64,000 bases of DNA from Basidiobolus meristosporus CBS 931.73 (GCA_002104905.1 MCFE01000130.1:95857-159856); one strand, 5' to 3'; shown: positions 24,690-38,600, counted from the first letter of the stretch. A program made the numbers and translations. The notes: generated by a model not told the origin, from the letters alone.

Positions 24690-27600
24690 AAGTGGCTTTT
24701 GCTTGGTACTTTACCAATTCTCTCACTCTCTGATCCCAGACACCCAATCACCTCCTACACCTGCATACATTAATTGGCTAATGCCTTGTTTTTACACACC
24801 ATATTTCCTTACTCAAAGAATACTCTTACTTTCTGAGCAAACAAATTGATTTATTTCTAACCAGTATTGAGTTATAATTAATTGCCAATTGTTCCAACCT
24901 GTACAAGTTCCTATTCTCAACACTAACATTAAGCCCAAACTCACACTCAACAAGTCACTCCATTGAAATTTACCATGCAATGAATAGCGCTGCCAAGACA
25001 CCCTTTTAACATGACTTTGGCAGAAACCCTACAGTTTTATGCCATTGTTCATTCATTGGTTCCCATACACCCTGGTCTTCAGCTGGCACAGAAAGGTCTA
25101 GCACCTCATCTGCCAGTCATTGCAAAAGATATTTGCAGTATTCAGGTGCATTTTCTTGACAACTGCTCTTGAAGAAGTGCTGCAACCATTAGCTGCACCT
25201 GCTATTGCCCTAAAATTCAACTGTAGGCATTGTGATAGTCTCCTGAGTTCTTAAAGTTGCTGCTTTGTCTATGAGCAGGATCTCTACTCTGTCTATAATG
25301 GAGCTTGTAGAGGCTGTGGTAGACAAATTGGCTTTCTCTGCAAGCTCATCTACCTCACTGAAGTGTAGCTCAATTGATTGCACTTCTAACTCTTGAGAAA
25401 ACAGCTTTTGTCAGAACTGCAATTCTTGATGGCTATTTAGAATTCCACCTGACTGGGCATGTGGTGTAAATTGGTGAGAACTGCAACTTTTTTCTCATCT
25501 TTCCCTGCTTCAGGCTTGAGTTGACTTTTCCCCTTAACCTTTCTTTTATCACTACCATTATGAGAAATCTCAAACTTGGAATTCATCTGATTTTCAGCTG
25601 GTATTCTAATAGTATTTTGCTGGTATTCAGCTAGTGTTTTTGGTTCAAAATATCTAATGCAATTTTTGATGGAAGTAATGGGCAGCAGTCCACATAGTTT
25701 GAATAAAAAAAACTGTGGCCTCCTGTGTACCAACCCCTACAAATGCACACACCTGCCACAATTAACATACTTCTAGCACCTCAACTTTGCGGCTTTTTAG
25801 TGTGATACTTGCAAAGGTGCCATATACCTTGTACTACTGGTAACATATACATCCTGCAAACATATGCTTGGTTGTCACCACTTCTGCCATGAATACCTCC
25901 AGAATATCTGCAAAGAACTTGGTATTTAGCCAATATATTCCTTCTCCCTGCTGGATTCTAGTCCCCTTTATAGGTACACTCTGACTCTTGTTTGTGTGAA
26001 CTCAGTATTGAATGGTGTAGAAGTTGGCTTGTGACCAAGAGAAATCTGTCATACCCTGATAGAGTTTTCCTAATAAAAATTAGTTGCTTGCTGCACCCAA
26101 CCCAACTTTGCATTACTTAACTGATTACACATGCATTGGGGCTGCTTAGCTTCTTAATGCCATAGGCATAGGTGTCTCCATGTGCACATTTGTCCTCAGT
26201 ATTTTCCAACTCTTCCTGGCTGACCTCCATATGCCAACTCATCACATCCATGATGGACTTAAAGGTAATATTTTTGATGAGATTGGGATATAGTAGTACC
26301 TGCAACTTGACTTGTCTTCCTATCTCCCCACACATCTGCTCCATAGGAAACTACCAAAAGGTGAAGTAAGGCTCAACATTCTCCACACACCATGCAAGAT
26401 GGAGTAGAGAATGGATACATCAGCAGCAGAGATTTACATGTTGCGCTTTATGTTTGTAGTATAGCCTCTCAAATCCTGTCACAAACTCCTTGCACAACAG
26501 CTGTAGATGCTTCAAGTTGGCATTGGTGATCTGCTTCTGATTAAATATTCCTACAATGTCCACATATGACTCCCAATGCCTTTAATGTACTCTTGGTAGG
26601 AATGGCTTCAGATTGCCACTTGAATAAATGTATATCCAGCTCATCCCATCTTTGCATTTGTATTGTTGCAGATGCATATGAATATTGATTGGAGCCTGCA
26701 AATCACAAAGTTAAAGTCCCATGACTAAGAGGTACTGATCCTGTCAGGACACCATCTAGAGACTGTTGAAAAATAATTGCATCCCAGATTTCACAAAAAA
26801 CTTAGTCAAAAATTTCCATCACTACAATGTATAAGTGACTCTTGATTAATTTTCTGCCAATTTGCTCACTTTCTGATCCTGGACACTCTATTGCCTCCTA
26901 CATTTATGTACATTGATTGGCTATTGCTTCTTTTTCATACTCCTTACTTCCTGACTCCACTTTTTCTCTTACTGTTCATGCATACAAATTGATTTATTTC
27001 TGTTGAAACTTCAGTTGTACCTCAATTGCCAATTGTATTGACCTATACAAGTCCCTATACCCTACACTAACATTAAGCCCAACCCCACACTCAACAAGTA
27101 GCTCCATTTAAGTCCACCACACAATAGGTATTTCTGCTGTAACACTCTGCTTCCACAACTTTGGCAGGAACCCAATGGCTTTAGGCCACAGTTCATTCAC
27201 TGGTTCCCATAAGTCCTGGTCTTCAGCCAGCACTGCAAGGTCTAGCACCTCATCTGCCAATCTTTGGAATAAATCCTTGCAATATTCCAGTGTGTTTTCT
27301 TGAGCACTGCTCTTGAAGAAGTGCTGCAACCTCTTGGTGTGCCTATTAATGTTCCAAAACTCCACTGAATGCATTGTGATAGTCTTTTGAGCTCTTGACA
27401 TTGTAGCCTTGTCTGTCAGTGGGATCTCCACTCTGTTAACAATGGAGGATGTGGAGGCTGTGGTAGACAAATTACTTTTTTCAGCAAGCTCATCTACCTT
27501 GCTGAAATGTAGCTCAACTGGCTGTGCTTCCAACTCTTGTGAAAACAGCTGTTTTCTTGTTGGTAATTCTTCTTGGCTATGATGGGATTCAGTCTGCTCC

Positions 27601-29610
27601 TGGTATGCAGCTTTAATTGGAAAGAAATGCAGTTTTTTTTGCATGCCTCCCTGTCTCACACTGGGGTAGACATCTCACCCTTTCCCTTTTCCTTTATCAC
27701 AGCCAGGTCTTTTACTGCTACTCTGCCTGAGTGCTTCCTGTAAAGAACTACATTTTCTTCTGGGTAAATTCTGCTCTGACACATCTGTTTTGGCCTGCTT
27801 GTCCCTTGCTAGCACTCTTCTGGCAACCTGATGTTTCTTTTCTGCTTGTTTTGAGCTCTCAACCATAGTTGTGATGAGCACCTTTAAAAGTAGATGGTTT
27901 TTATCACTGCCAGGTCCTTCACTGTTACTTTGACTGGGTGCTTCTTGTGTGGTACTACACTTTTTCCTTAATAAATGTTATGCTGGTGCATCTGTGTCTG
28001 CCAGCTTGTCCCTAATTTGCACTCTTCCAGCCACCTGACATCTCTTTGACACTTGTCTGGAGCTTTTGGCCCTGCTTGTAATGCACTCTTGAGGAAGCTG
28101 CTGGTTTTTAGCCATGGCACCCTAGTTCTTCTGCCTTTGATAGTTTCTGCTATTCTTAAAATATTTTCTTAGTATACCAATGCTGGCCTAAAATCCATTT
28201 GCCCATTTGAGTCCAGGATAATGCTCATGGAACAAGTCAAGAGCATTCTGCTTGGCCTTGAGTTCCTGATGGTCCCATGGTATGCCAGCCTTAAGGTGAT
28301 GGCATGCTAGACTTCTGACAGTCTCTTGTATATTAGCCAACTCTTCATTACTGCAATATTGTTTGATTTTTAGGCTTTGGTATAAGCACCACATTGTCTC
28401 CCTCTCACACTGTGATTGGTTTTTCTGTGGGCTTTATCTTTGGGCACTGTTGTTATGCTTCAAATACTATAAGATGTCCCTCTGCTGTTACATCATGATA
28501 TGGCTCAATTCTTGGCTGTGAAATTGAGCTACTTGAGTTCCTTCTTGGCAGCAAAGATACTGCTTTCTCTACCTGCAATATTGATTGCTCCACATGTATT
28601 ATTGGCTCATCCTGTTTCTAGACTATTTCCTGATTTCTCTGGGCCATTGCATCTGTCCTATCAGCCACTGCACCTAATTGATTCATTAATGCTTTGGTAT
28701 GAGCTGACAACATACTTGCTAATATGTGTGTTGGTGATGTTATCATGGCCACTTGCTGGTTTTCAACTGAGGGTACTGCATTTGCTACATTCTTGTATGC
28801 CTGAGCATAATGGTTGGCTTGTAGCTCTGCCAAGGTTCTCAATTGCCTACTAGACTGAGTGCCTGAGGAGTCTGCATTATTACCTTCAATGGGCACACTG
28901 TCCATAGGGTCTATTTTGGATGTAGGCCTGCTTGTTGCACTGAATGTCAAAATAAGCCGTTGTCTAACTGTTCTTCAATTGCCATCAGCAGTGGGGTTTG
29001 GTTGGGAGCCAGATGACTTTGCTTTGTTGTTAGGTGGCATATATATGGAAGTGAGTCAAATCAAAGGGAAATAGTGTTACATATAAATGTGCATGTGGTG
29101 CCACAACTTTATTAATGATGCTTACTATGGTGGGTCATCATTGAATCTTACATTCATGTAGGTGTGATGTCTCAAATACAAGATTGTCTTAAGTACATGT
29201 GAGTATTGACCAAAGAGTGATATAATAGCATTACATTGTTGAAGGTCAAACTGTTTGCCCCATGGACAAGACTACTTTGACTCAATGCCATAAGAGAAGA
29301 GAAAAAAGACCATGTAACTATTGTAGCAAGCTGCTCAGCCATGAAGTATGCAGCAGCATAGGAAGTATTACAAGGATCATGGCCAGTGTTTTGCCACCCA
29401 AGCCATATTTGACCATCCATTGGTCACTACTGTACCAGCATTATCTTGCCGGCCAGTAGATACTTCTATATTAGCACCTGCCTGTCTTTGTCACCTTGTG
29501 CAAACTGAGTCAGGTATGTTTGTGACACCTTTAGGCTCACCTCAGCCTTCTGATTTTTTGCTGGCCTTTTCTCATTTTTTTTCTGAGGGATCCCTACTCC
29601 AGTAACTGAT
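24690..29610 (-). mobile_element. Fragmented CACTA/En-Spm-like DNA transposon, copy A (transposase C-terminal relic ~25700-26780; accessory ORF-A ~27100-29070; duplicated ORF-A tail ~24690-25480)
   Basis: Minus-strand translation gives LCKEFVTGFERLYY...H.LLHLA...W*FPMEQMCGEIGRQVK, a Tnp2/Transposase_21-type C-terminal region. Flanking DNA is homologous to 45620-49095 and 62871-64000. Confidence 0.65.
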
Positions 29611-29641
29611 CTATTTGTCTCTTCATTACTTCCAATTCAAA

Positions 29642-32400
29642 TCAAGTTATTCTGTAAGGTGTCTTACTGACTGGACAGCTATCTCCTGTGTCAGTGGCAC
29701 AGTCCACACCACAAACTGGTGATAGGTTTACAAGCTCACCAAGAAACCTCTCTGAATATTCCTTCAAAAGAGTTTGGACCTTCTGGGGTACCAGAGCAGA
29801 GGAATCCTCATGTAATACCACCATGAGGAACATCTGGGTACCTTTTCTCCATGCCCTGCACAATTGTGTCTTGCTAAGTTCACTTGTTTCAAACATATTA
29901 GAATCAACCAAGTAGAAATCCAGTTGGGCAGGAAAGAGCTCATATGTCTGGTTATTTTTTTGGATCTGAGTGCATGGGTTCTCCAGTTGAGGATGGATTC
30001 CAACAAAATAGCCAGGATTTTCCAAGTACAAGGTAAAACTTGCAGTTCTCAAATGTATAGGCCTGTAGGTCTTTTTTGTAGTCATTAATCTTCATTCTAA
30101 CTTGCTGAGTAATATGGTTGATTATGCAAGAGTTCCCATCAGCTGTTGAGATTGAAGTGGATTTGGTAGGAACCATGTTGATATAGCTTTCAAGGCAACT
30201 TGCTCTGACATGTACTCATGTAATGCTCTTGAGTCAACCATAATCTTGACAAGTACCTCCTTGATTATTACATTCAGGTATAATTGCTTTCCTGGATTTA
30301 CAGTTGTTATGATCTGCTGCTTGAATGTTTAAGTTAGATCAGTTTTTAGTCAAATCAATTAGTTTTATGTTCAGGTTATCAGTGTGTCAGTATTATCTAT
30401 CAAATCAGTAGCAATAGTCAGCAAATGAATCAGCAGATCTTTATCAGACAGAAATGGATATATTGGGAAGGATCTTATTGGGTGATGATGATGCAATCAA
30501 GTGAGTCAACAGCCACAGCCTACATTAGGAAATACAATTAGTCAGCAATTGATCTGGCAAAATGTATATAAGGAGCTGTTGGAATCTCATTAAAGATCAA
30601 CTCAAGTTTTTGTGAATACAATACTAGCTAAACTCCCTATTCCTCTACAACCCTTATACCAAGACTTGTAACACAGTCATTTGGGATAAGTATTCTCCAG
30701 ATATATAGAAGGTGAGTTCTAAGTCCTCATCAAGTTCATCCTCCATGTTACTACAATCAAGGGCTTCAATGTGGTGGAAGGTTCTTGCTGACTGGTATTC
30801 ATTTCTTCTCTGAGGGCAGTACTTTGCAATATGTCCTTACTGGTGGCATTCATGCAAAGTCCTGTCTTCTTGCATTCTTCTGGGGTGGTATTCTACTGCT
30901 TAGTATCTATCTCCATTGGCACTGCTTCTGATTGTGTTCTTTTGTAGTGATTATAGCCTCTCTGATTAGTTGCTGTAGGCTTCCCAACTCTAATCATAAC
31001 TAAGTTGTAGTCAATAGCAATCTTAATGGATTCTTCAATAGTCTGAGGTCTTGAAAATTCTCTTCCTTGCAGGTTCTTTGTTTCAACCCATCATTAAAGT
31101 ATTGCACTTGATCAAGTGGGTCCATTCTTTTACTCTGTCCAGGTGGCCATCTGTACATGTAGTTAGATTCTTCAACCATTCTTTTCAGTCTAAGTGTCCT
31201 CAGCTTTCTCCTCAGTGGCATCTGCTGGTGTGGAGGCTCAAGATTATCTTGAATATGCAGCATAAACTCATCCCAGGTAGAGATAGTAGAGCATCTCATC
31301 ATGTTGACTGACCCAATCTTGTTGAATCTTCATTGGTTCATCCTCCATGTAACTATGCTCAAGGGCTTCAATGTAGCTCAAGGCCCTTGTTGATTGGTGT
31401 CCATTTCTTCTCTGAGGGCAATACTTTGCAATATGTCCTTACTGGTGGCAATTCAAGCAAAGTCCTTTCTTCTTATTTTCTTCTGTGGTGGGAATCTTTT
31501 TCATAGTGTCTATTTCCATTGGTGCTGCTCTTGAGTATCTTCTTTTGCAGTGATTATAGCCTCTCTGATTAGTCATTGTAGGCTTCCCAACTCTTGACAT
31601 AGCTGAGTTGTATTCAATGCCAATCTTGGTAGATTCTTCAATAGTCTGAGGTCTTCAGAATTCCTTTCCTTATAAGTTCTGTTTTTCAACCCATCAATAA
31701 AGTATTCAACTGGATCCAGGGGGTCCCTTCCATAAATTTGTCCATGTAGACATATATACTCATAGATGTATTGTTGAACCATTCCTTTCTGTCCAAGTAA
31801 CTTTAATTTCCTCTTTAGATATGTCTGCTGGTGTGGGGATTCAAAAGCATCCTGAATTTCCAACACAAACTCATCCCATGTAGAGATTGTAGAGCATCCC
31901 ATCATGGTGGCTGACCTGATGTTGTGGTGGTACCACTGTAAAGTCCATCCTTTTCCTTCATAAAGAGCTTTGGTGCTCACTACAATGACTTGCTGAGTCT
32001 GAGATATACTTGCTCTATTAACCCATCAATATGTCTCTTCACAGCTTCCAATTCCAATGGACTCATGCTGTAAGGTGTCTTGCTTACATGAGGGGTATCC
32101 CCTTTGTGAAAAGCATGATTAACTACTCTGACAGGTGGTGGTCTTACAAGCTCATCAGGTCACATATCTCAATGCTCTTCTAAAGAATATGGACTTTCTT
32201 CAGGACTGAGGTCATGAAGTTCTCCAGAAATACAGCCATGAGAAGCATATGGGTAGCTTTTCTTAGTACCCTGAAGAGCTGTGTCTTGCTAATCTCACCA
32301 GTAACATGCATACTGGATTTAACCAAGTTGAAATCCAGTCTTGGTTTGAAATATGTAGGCCAGTAGGTGTCCTTTAGAGTAAATCATCTTCATTCTTTCT
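29642..32400 (-). mobile_element. Degenerate Ty3/gypsy family G1 fragments (gag twice, protease, RT start)
   Basis: Decayed copies of the 53904-55678 ORF: [26 protein letters not shown] appears twice, plus LSKTQLCRA and VSKTPYR. Many stops and deletions. Confidence 0.85.
30305..30673 (+). mobile_element. Solo LTR of gypsy family G1 with 4-bp TSD CAGT
   Basis: Near-identical to the LTR at 53478-53845, TG...CA ends, cagt on both sides. Confidence 0.9.
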
Positions 32401-32434
32401 AGCTAGAAAATATAGTTGATTATTTTGGAGCTCC

Positions 32435-34430
32435 TGTGTCAATCTAAGAAGAGCATCTGGACATACAGAACTTATCAAGAAACAATGATAATAGCTGAAC
32501 TGTTGTTTATTCAGAAGAAACTCAGTATATTCACCTTTGTAAAAGTATTACAAGTGTAACATTATGTGGGGATAGATTCTCAACTGTCAGGAGCAGTATG
32601 TAACAGTTTTGGAGCTGGTACATAGTGTTTGATAAAAATGCTAATTGGATCTTGACTGTAAGGAAATAGCCACAGGATCATAGACCTAAAGTAAAGTGGC
32701 ATAGTTGATGCTGTAACTAGCTGTACAGTGACTTAGACTAGTTCATAATTGTTATGTAAATTTCTAGCTGCTGAATGAAACCAAGTAGCTCAATATCTCA
32801 ACACTCCCCCTCATTTAAATAGTTTTTAATCCTTATTTCTCTCCAAGAGTCTCAAACAGTGACCTAGCTAGTGGTTTTTCCAATATATCTGCCACCATTC
32901 TGTCAGTTGAGCAGAAAACTAACCATACCAAGTTGTTATCTACAGCTTCCCAAACAAATTGGTTTTGTGTTTATATGTGTTTAGCTCTGGTAGGAACAGT
33001 AGGATTTCCAACTAATGAAATATAACTTTGTTTATCATTCTAAATACATGTTGGTTGAACAGGTTTAAAACATAAGTCTTTGAATAATTTGTGTGACTAT
33101 ATAGCCCCCTTAGTTGCTTGGCAAGCCGTCATCTACTATTCCTCCGTTGTAGAGAGGGCCTTAGTTGGTAGTTTCTTGCATTTCTGGATAATAGATGCAC
33201 CAGCATTTAGATACACACTCACAGTAGTAGAGTGTCTGTCAGCATATATACTATATATACCTTCCCCAATGGTGGTAACTACATCTTGAGGAAGCTGGCC
33301 AGTGATCTCTGTGGCTTTTGATCCACAATCTACTCAGATGCAATTTCTCTGCTCTTGATCAGCTTCTGCACCTTGCCATCACACACTCAATACCCCTTTG
33401 TATCCTCACAATAGCTAAGAATGATCCCTGTCCCACTTCTTAGTTCCAACTTAGAGCATTTATTGTTAGGGATGTGATGAGAACATTACTGCAAAAGATC
33501 ACAAGGTGCTGTGGATTTGGATTTTTGCCTATATATACATGAATTGACAAGAAATCACATAGTGCTGTTGTATGGGATCCACTTCTAATATAAGTCATAG
33601 TTGCAACAGCTTCAGACCAAAAGTTGTAGTGCATTCCCTTTTCAGGTAGCATAGTTCTTCCCATCTTCCCTATTGCTCTATATGTGCATTCAGCTACTCC
33701 ATTTTGCTGTGGAGTAGGTAGAACAATGGTCTGTTGAAGCATACCAATAGTTGGGCAGATCATTGCAAACTTCTTGGAACAGTGTTCCCCTCTGTTGTCA
33801 CTTCAGCATAGCTCCAATTTAAACACAGCTGATGTTTCTGTCATGTTCTTGAAGTGTTTAAACATCTCTGAAGCCTCATCCGTTATCTTACAGAACTACA
33901 CCAATGTGTATTATGTATTGTCATCAATATCTCTTGTTTCTAAAGGACAATGTTTGCGTGACCCTACATATGTCTGAGTGAGTAAAAGCCAATACATTGG
34001 TGGTGTTTAAGCCTGTTGTACTCCTGAAACATGCCTAGCTTGTTTACCATATGAAATTCCTTACAGACACTTGATTTGATTGCAATTGAGTTATTTAACC
34101 CCAAAACAAGCTGATTTTCATTGATTGGCTCATTTTCTGTTCCTTATTGTGGCCTTACTTCCTATGCCATGTCTCCCAGGTAGTTGCAGCAGCTCCAGCA
34201 TTGCTCACATATTTAGGTAAAAGTATCCTGCATTGTAGCTTATGTATATTGTGATCTGTGATACCCAAAGCTAATTTTTGCTCATTTTCACTCAAAGTTC
34301 CACAGCTCAGCCTGGTAAAAACATATTTTAGTCCCTGATTACTTGCTTTGCAAACTGAGAGTAGGTTCACAGCCATTCCAGGGATGTAGAGAACATCAGT
34401 CAGTTTTGTTGAGGGCTAATATCTGTTCTA
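32435..34430 (-). mobile_element. Degenerate Ty1/copia relative with 3' LTR (32435-32803) and deleted internal region
   Basis: 369-bp LTR colinear with the intact copia LTR and preceded by the PPT gagggggag. Remnants of RNase H, integrase (PTPQQNGVAE) and pre-integrase (TWETWHRK) are present; most of RT is missing. Confidence 0.85.
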
Positions 34431-35590
34431 CAAGTATTTTATGGTTTGACAAGTGCAACGGTATCCATTCAATCTAACAGTAGAGGCTTAAGAATAGCTG
34501 CAAAACATCATATGGAGCTGTCTTATACCAAACTGGGTAAATCAAGATGCAGATGGATTTTGAATCTACTGTATTTGAGTTGTCAGTCAAAAGAAAGTAA
34601 TTGCTATCTAAGGATGACAAGGATGACCATTGTAGATCACATTTATGGATTTCATTCACTTGGCAGGCAAGGATCAAGTGAGAGCTGGCTTTCAAAGCTC
34701 AGAGGTAAGCAAATACCTTTTTGAGCCATGTTGTATATGCCACAGTACCAAAAAATGAGAAAATCTGGATCATATGTAAATAACAAAATCCTGACTGGGC
34801 CCAAAGTAGGTTATTATTTTCTACCTCATGTAGAGTCTATACAATAGAAGTAAATGTCCCTGAGCATAATATGGACATACAGTGAGGCTTTCAAGCTTAG
34901 TCACATAAATCTTATACTGTGATTAGCATTCTGTCCTGACCAAACTTCTTGTTCAGACTCACTCAAAATATTTTCACAAAACTATCAGTATGAAGTCACA
35001 GCTGCAGGAAAGAAGCCATTGGGATACTACTGTGGGAGAAGAATACCCTTCCCCCAAAAATGCAGGAGAAGGAGCCTCAAAGAACAAGAAGTAAGAACAT
35101 GGTGCACTTAGCTGCATTTCCCTTAATGTCAAGCACAAACTGCTAAATCAATGCTCCAAAGCAAAAATGATAAAGAATGGATGGAAAGCTTAGGAAACAC
35201 ATTACAGTTGCATGGAGCCACTGTTGAAATATTGGACTATTTGGTATCATTCAGCAGCTAAAAATTTACTTAACAATTCTAGGCTAGTCTTAGTCACTGT
35301 AGGACTCATTTACTGCCTTAACTTCGCCACTTTCTCCAGATATATGATCTTATGATTATTCCCCTATAGTCAGGATCAAATTAGCACTATTACCAAACAT
35401 TATGTACTAACCCTGAAACTGTTACAGAATGCTCCTAAATATTGAGAAACCCTCCCTACTTAGTGTTGCAGCTGTATTACTTCTACAAAGGTATAAATAC
35501 TGAGCTTCTTTATGAATAAACAACAGTTCAACTATTATCACTATTTCTTGATAAGTTCCTTATATCCAAATCACTTCTTAAATTGCAACA

Positions 35591-35603
35591 GGTTATGAGC
35601 CCC
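35591..35603 (+). other. Primer-binding site complementary to the tRNA-iMet anticodon arm (Ty5/copia half-tRNA type)
   Basis: GGTTATGAGCCC immediately after the 5' LTR; this is the reverse complement of GGGCUCAUAACC. Confidence 0.85.
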
Positions 35604-35626
35604 GATTGCCTTAATCTATTCTAAAG

Positions 35627-38600
35627 ATGACTTCTACCAGCAAACAAAGCAATACCAACATCTTCCCTGTAAAGGAGAGGTTTGATGGGAAGAACTACAG
35701 ACTTTGGAGAATCAAGATGCAGATCCACCTTGAGGAAAGAAAGCTTTGGAATATAGTAACAGGAAAGGAAGTTGAGCCCAAAGGAACAGCAGAAGATGTG
35801 GAGAAGTTTCAAGAGAAGGAGAGAAAGGCCTTCAATGCAATATGCATCAATGTGCAAGACTCCTTCATTGGACAAATCCATGCCTCAAATACTGCCAAAG
35901 CAGCATGGGAATCCTTGGAGAAGATCTTTAGAGCAAAGTCAGTATCAAGCAAGCTTTATTTGAAACGAAAGTTCTTCAACATGAGAAAAAAGCCAGATGA
36001 TGACATGCTACAACTCATTACCAGAATGGAGACACTTGCAGAAGAACTTTACAGTATTAATGCTGGTGTAGATGATGAAGAAAAGATACTCTGTCTGCTT
36101 TGCAGCCTACCAGACGAGTATGAGCCACTCATACTTTCTTTTGAAAGCAGAGAAGACAACTTGACTTTAGACTATGTCAAAGGAAGACTTCTCCATGAAG
36201 AACTCAGACGTAATGACCAAGCAGAGAAAATTGAAGATAATGCTTTATTCAGTTCAGAAAGGCATACAGAAAAGAAGGGAAAGCAACAAAACCGAAGAAA
36301 ACCTGGCTGCTGTAACTACTGTAAGAAGCCAGGACACTGGGCAAGAGAATGCAAGAAGAAACAAGCAGACGAAAAACAGAAACTAGAGCAGGCAAACCAT
36401 ATAACTACTGATGAACAGCTATTTGTCACTGTACAAGAGAGTGCAAGTAACCGAAGTAATGAATGGTATATTGACTCTGGAGCATCACAGCATATTTGTG
36501 GTATAAAGGATTGGTTCAGCAACTTAAAGACTATTCCCGTAAGAAAGGTTTATCTGGGAGATAACTCTGCATTGGAAGCTACCGCCAGTGGGTCTATACA
36601 ACTAAATATGAGTGATAACTCAGGGGCAACAACAGCAAAACTGACTGACGTACTCTATGTACCTGGAATAGCTAAGAACCTACTCTCAGTCAGTAAAGCA
36701 ACTACTCAGGGACTGAAATTCGTTTTTACTAAGCTGAGCTGCTCAATATTGAGTGAAAATGGACAAAAATTAGCTTCGGGAATCAGAGATCACAATATAT
36801 TCAAGTTACAATGCAAGATCATTGTACCTGAGTATGTCAACATTGCTGAAACCGATGAAACCAACTGGGAGACGTGGCATAGGAGGCTAGGACACATAGG
36901 GGAACAGAAAATGAGCCAATTGGTGAAAAATCAGCTTGTTTTGGGCCTAAAATACTCAATTCCGATCAAATTGAATGTTTGTAAAGGATGTTCATATGGC
37001 AAACAAGCTAGGCAACATTTCAAGAGCTCAGAAGGCATCAATACCACCAAAATATTGGCTATTGTACACTCAGACATATGTGGCCCCATGAGAACACTGT
37101 CCTTTGGAGCCAAGAGATACTTTATGACGTTTATTGATGACAAGACAAGATACACATGGGTGTACTTCCTCAAAACAAAGGATGAAGCTTTAGAGACGTT
37201 TAAGCACTTCAAGAACATGGCAGAAACACAAACTGGGTGTAAATTGAAGGTACTACAAAGTGACAATGGAGGAGAATACTGCTCAAAGGAGTTTGCAAAA
37301 TACTGCTTGTCTACTGGTATACTTCAACAGACCACAGTTCCTCATACTCCACAGCAAAATGGAGTAGCAGAACGTGCAAACAGAACAATAGTAGAGATGG
37401 GAAGATCTATGCTACATGATAAGGGAATGGACTACAAGTTTTGGGCTGAATCTGTTGCTACCGCTGTAAACATCAAGAACAGATGCCCAACAACAGCACT
37501 ACGTGATTCTACACCCTTTGAAGCATATACAGGCAAAAAACCAGATCTCCAGCACCTCAGGATCTTTGGCAGTGATGTCTTTTATCACATCCCTGACAAA
37601 AAACGCTCAAAGTTGGAACCAAAGAGTAGAAAAGGGATCTTTCTTGGGTATTGTGAAGGTACTAAAGGGTATAGAGTGTATGATGGCGAAATTCAGAAGC
37701 TGATCAAGAGCAGGGACGTTGTATTTGAGGAGAATTCAGATCAGAAAGCCACAGAAATCATTGGCCAGCTGCCTGATGATGCAATCAACACAAATGAAGA
37801 AGATACGTACCAAATCCAGCCAGAGATGGAAGATACTTCTACCAGTTCCAGATCAGAACAGATTATCCCAGTTAGGAGATCTACCAGAATAAGAAATGCC
37901 CCTGGATCCTGGTGGCAGACATCCAATGATCATGAAGAAGCTTATCTTGCCTTATGTGCCGAACCTCAGAATCTGGAACAGGCAATGCAAGGTCCAGATG
38001 CTACTAAGTGGCAACAAGCCATGCAGGAGGAGTACCAATCACTGATCAAGGCAAAAACGTGGGAACTGGTAGATTTACCAAATGGGAGAAAGCCAATAGG
38101 ATGTAGATGGGTCTACAAGATCAAGATAACCTCAAATGGTGCCGTTGATAAGTACAAGGCTAGATTGGTAGCTAAAGGCTATTCCCAGATCCAGGGACTA
38201 GACTTTAAGGAAACATTTGCTCCGGTTGCCAAGTTTAACTCTATTAGGACAGTTCTAGCCCTGGCAGCTGTACACAGTCTAGATCTACACCAAATGGACG
38301 TCAAAACAGCCTTTCTAAATGGGGATTTGCAAGAAACTATATATATGGAGCAACCAGAAGGTTTTACCGATCCAAAAAGCCCCCATAAGGTGTGCAAACT
38401 TAGAAAATCGTTGTATGGGCTTAAGCAGGCACCCAGAGCATGGTATAACAAGATTGACACATATCTAGAGGAAATTGGGTTCTCTCGTAGCACTGCAGAT
38501 CACAGTATATATGTGAAACAGCTCAAAAAGGGTGTGATCATCCTAGTTCTTTATGTGGACGACCTAATTATAGCTACAAGTGATCAAGAGGCACTTAAAC

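Noticed and set aside
26815-26830. CACTACA word as a possible CACTA terminal repeat
   Set aside because: It is internal to sequence that continues colinearly in copy B, and no matching inverted partner or TSD was found.
34500-35220. Unassigned AT-rich, CG-poor stretches (also 22400-23500 and 43690-44090)
   Set aside because: Probably very decayed TE DNA, but no motif or repeat partner in the window supports a call.
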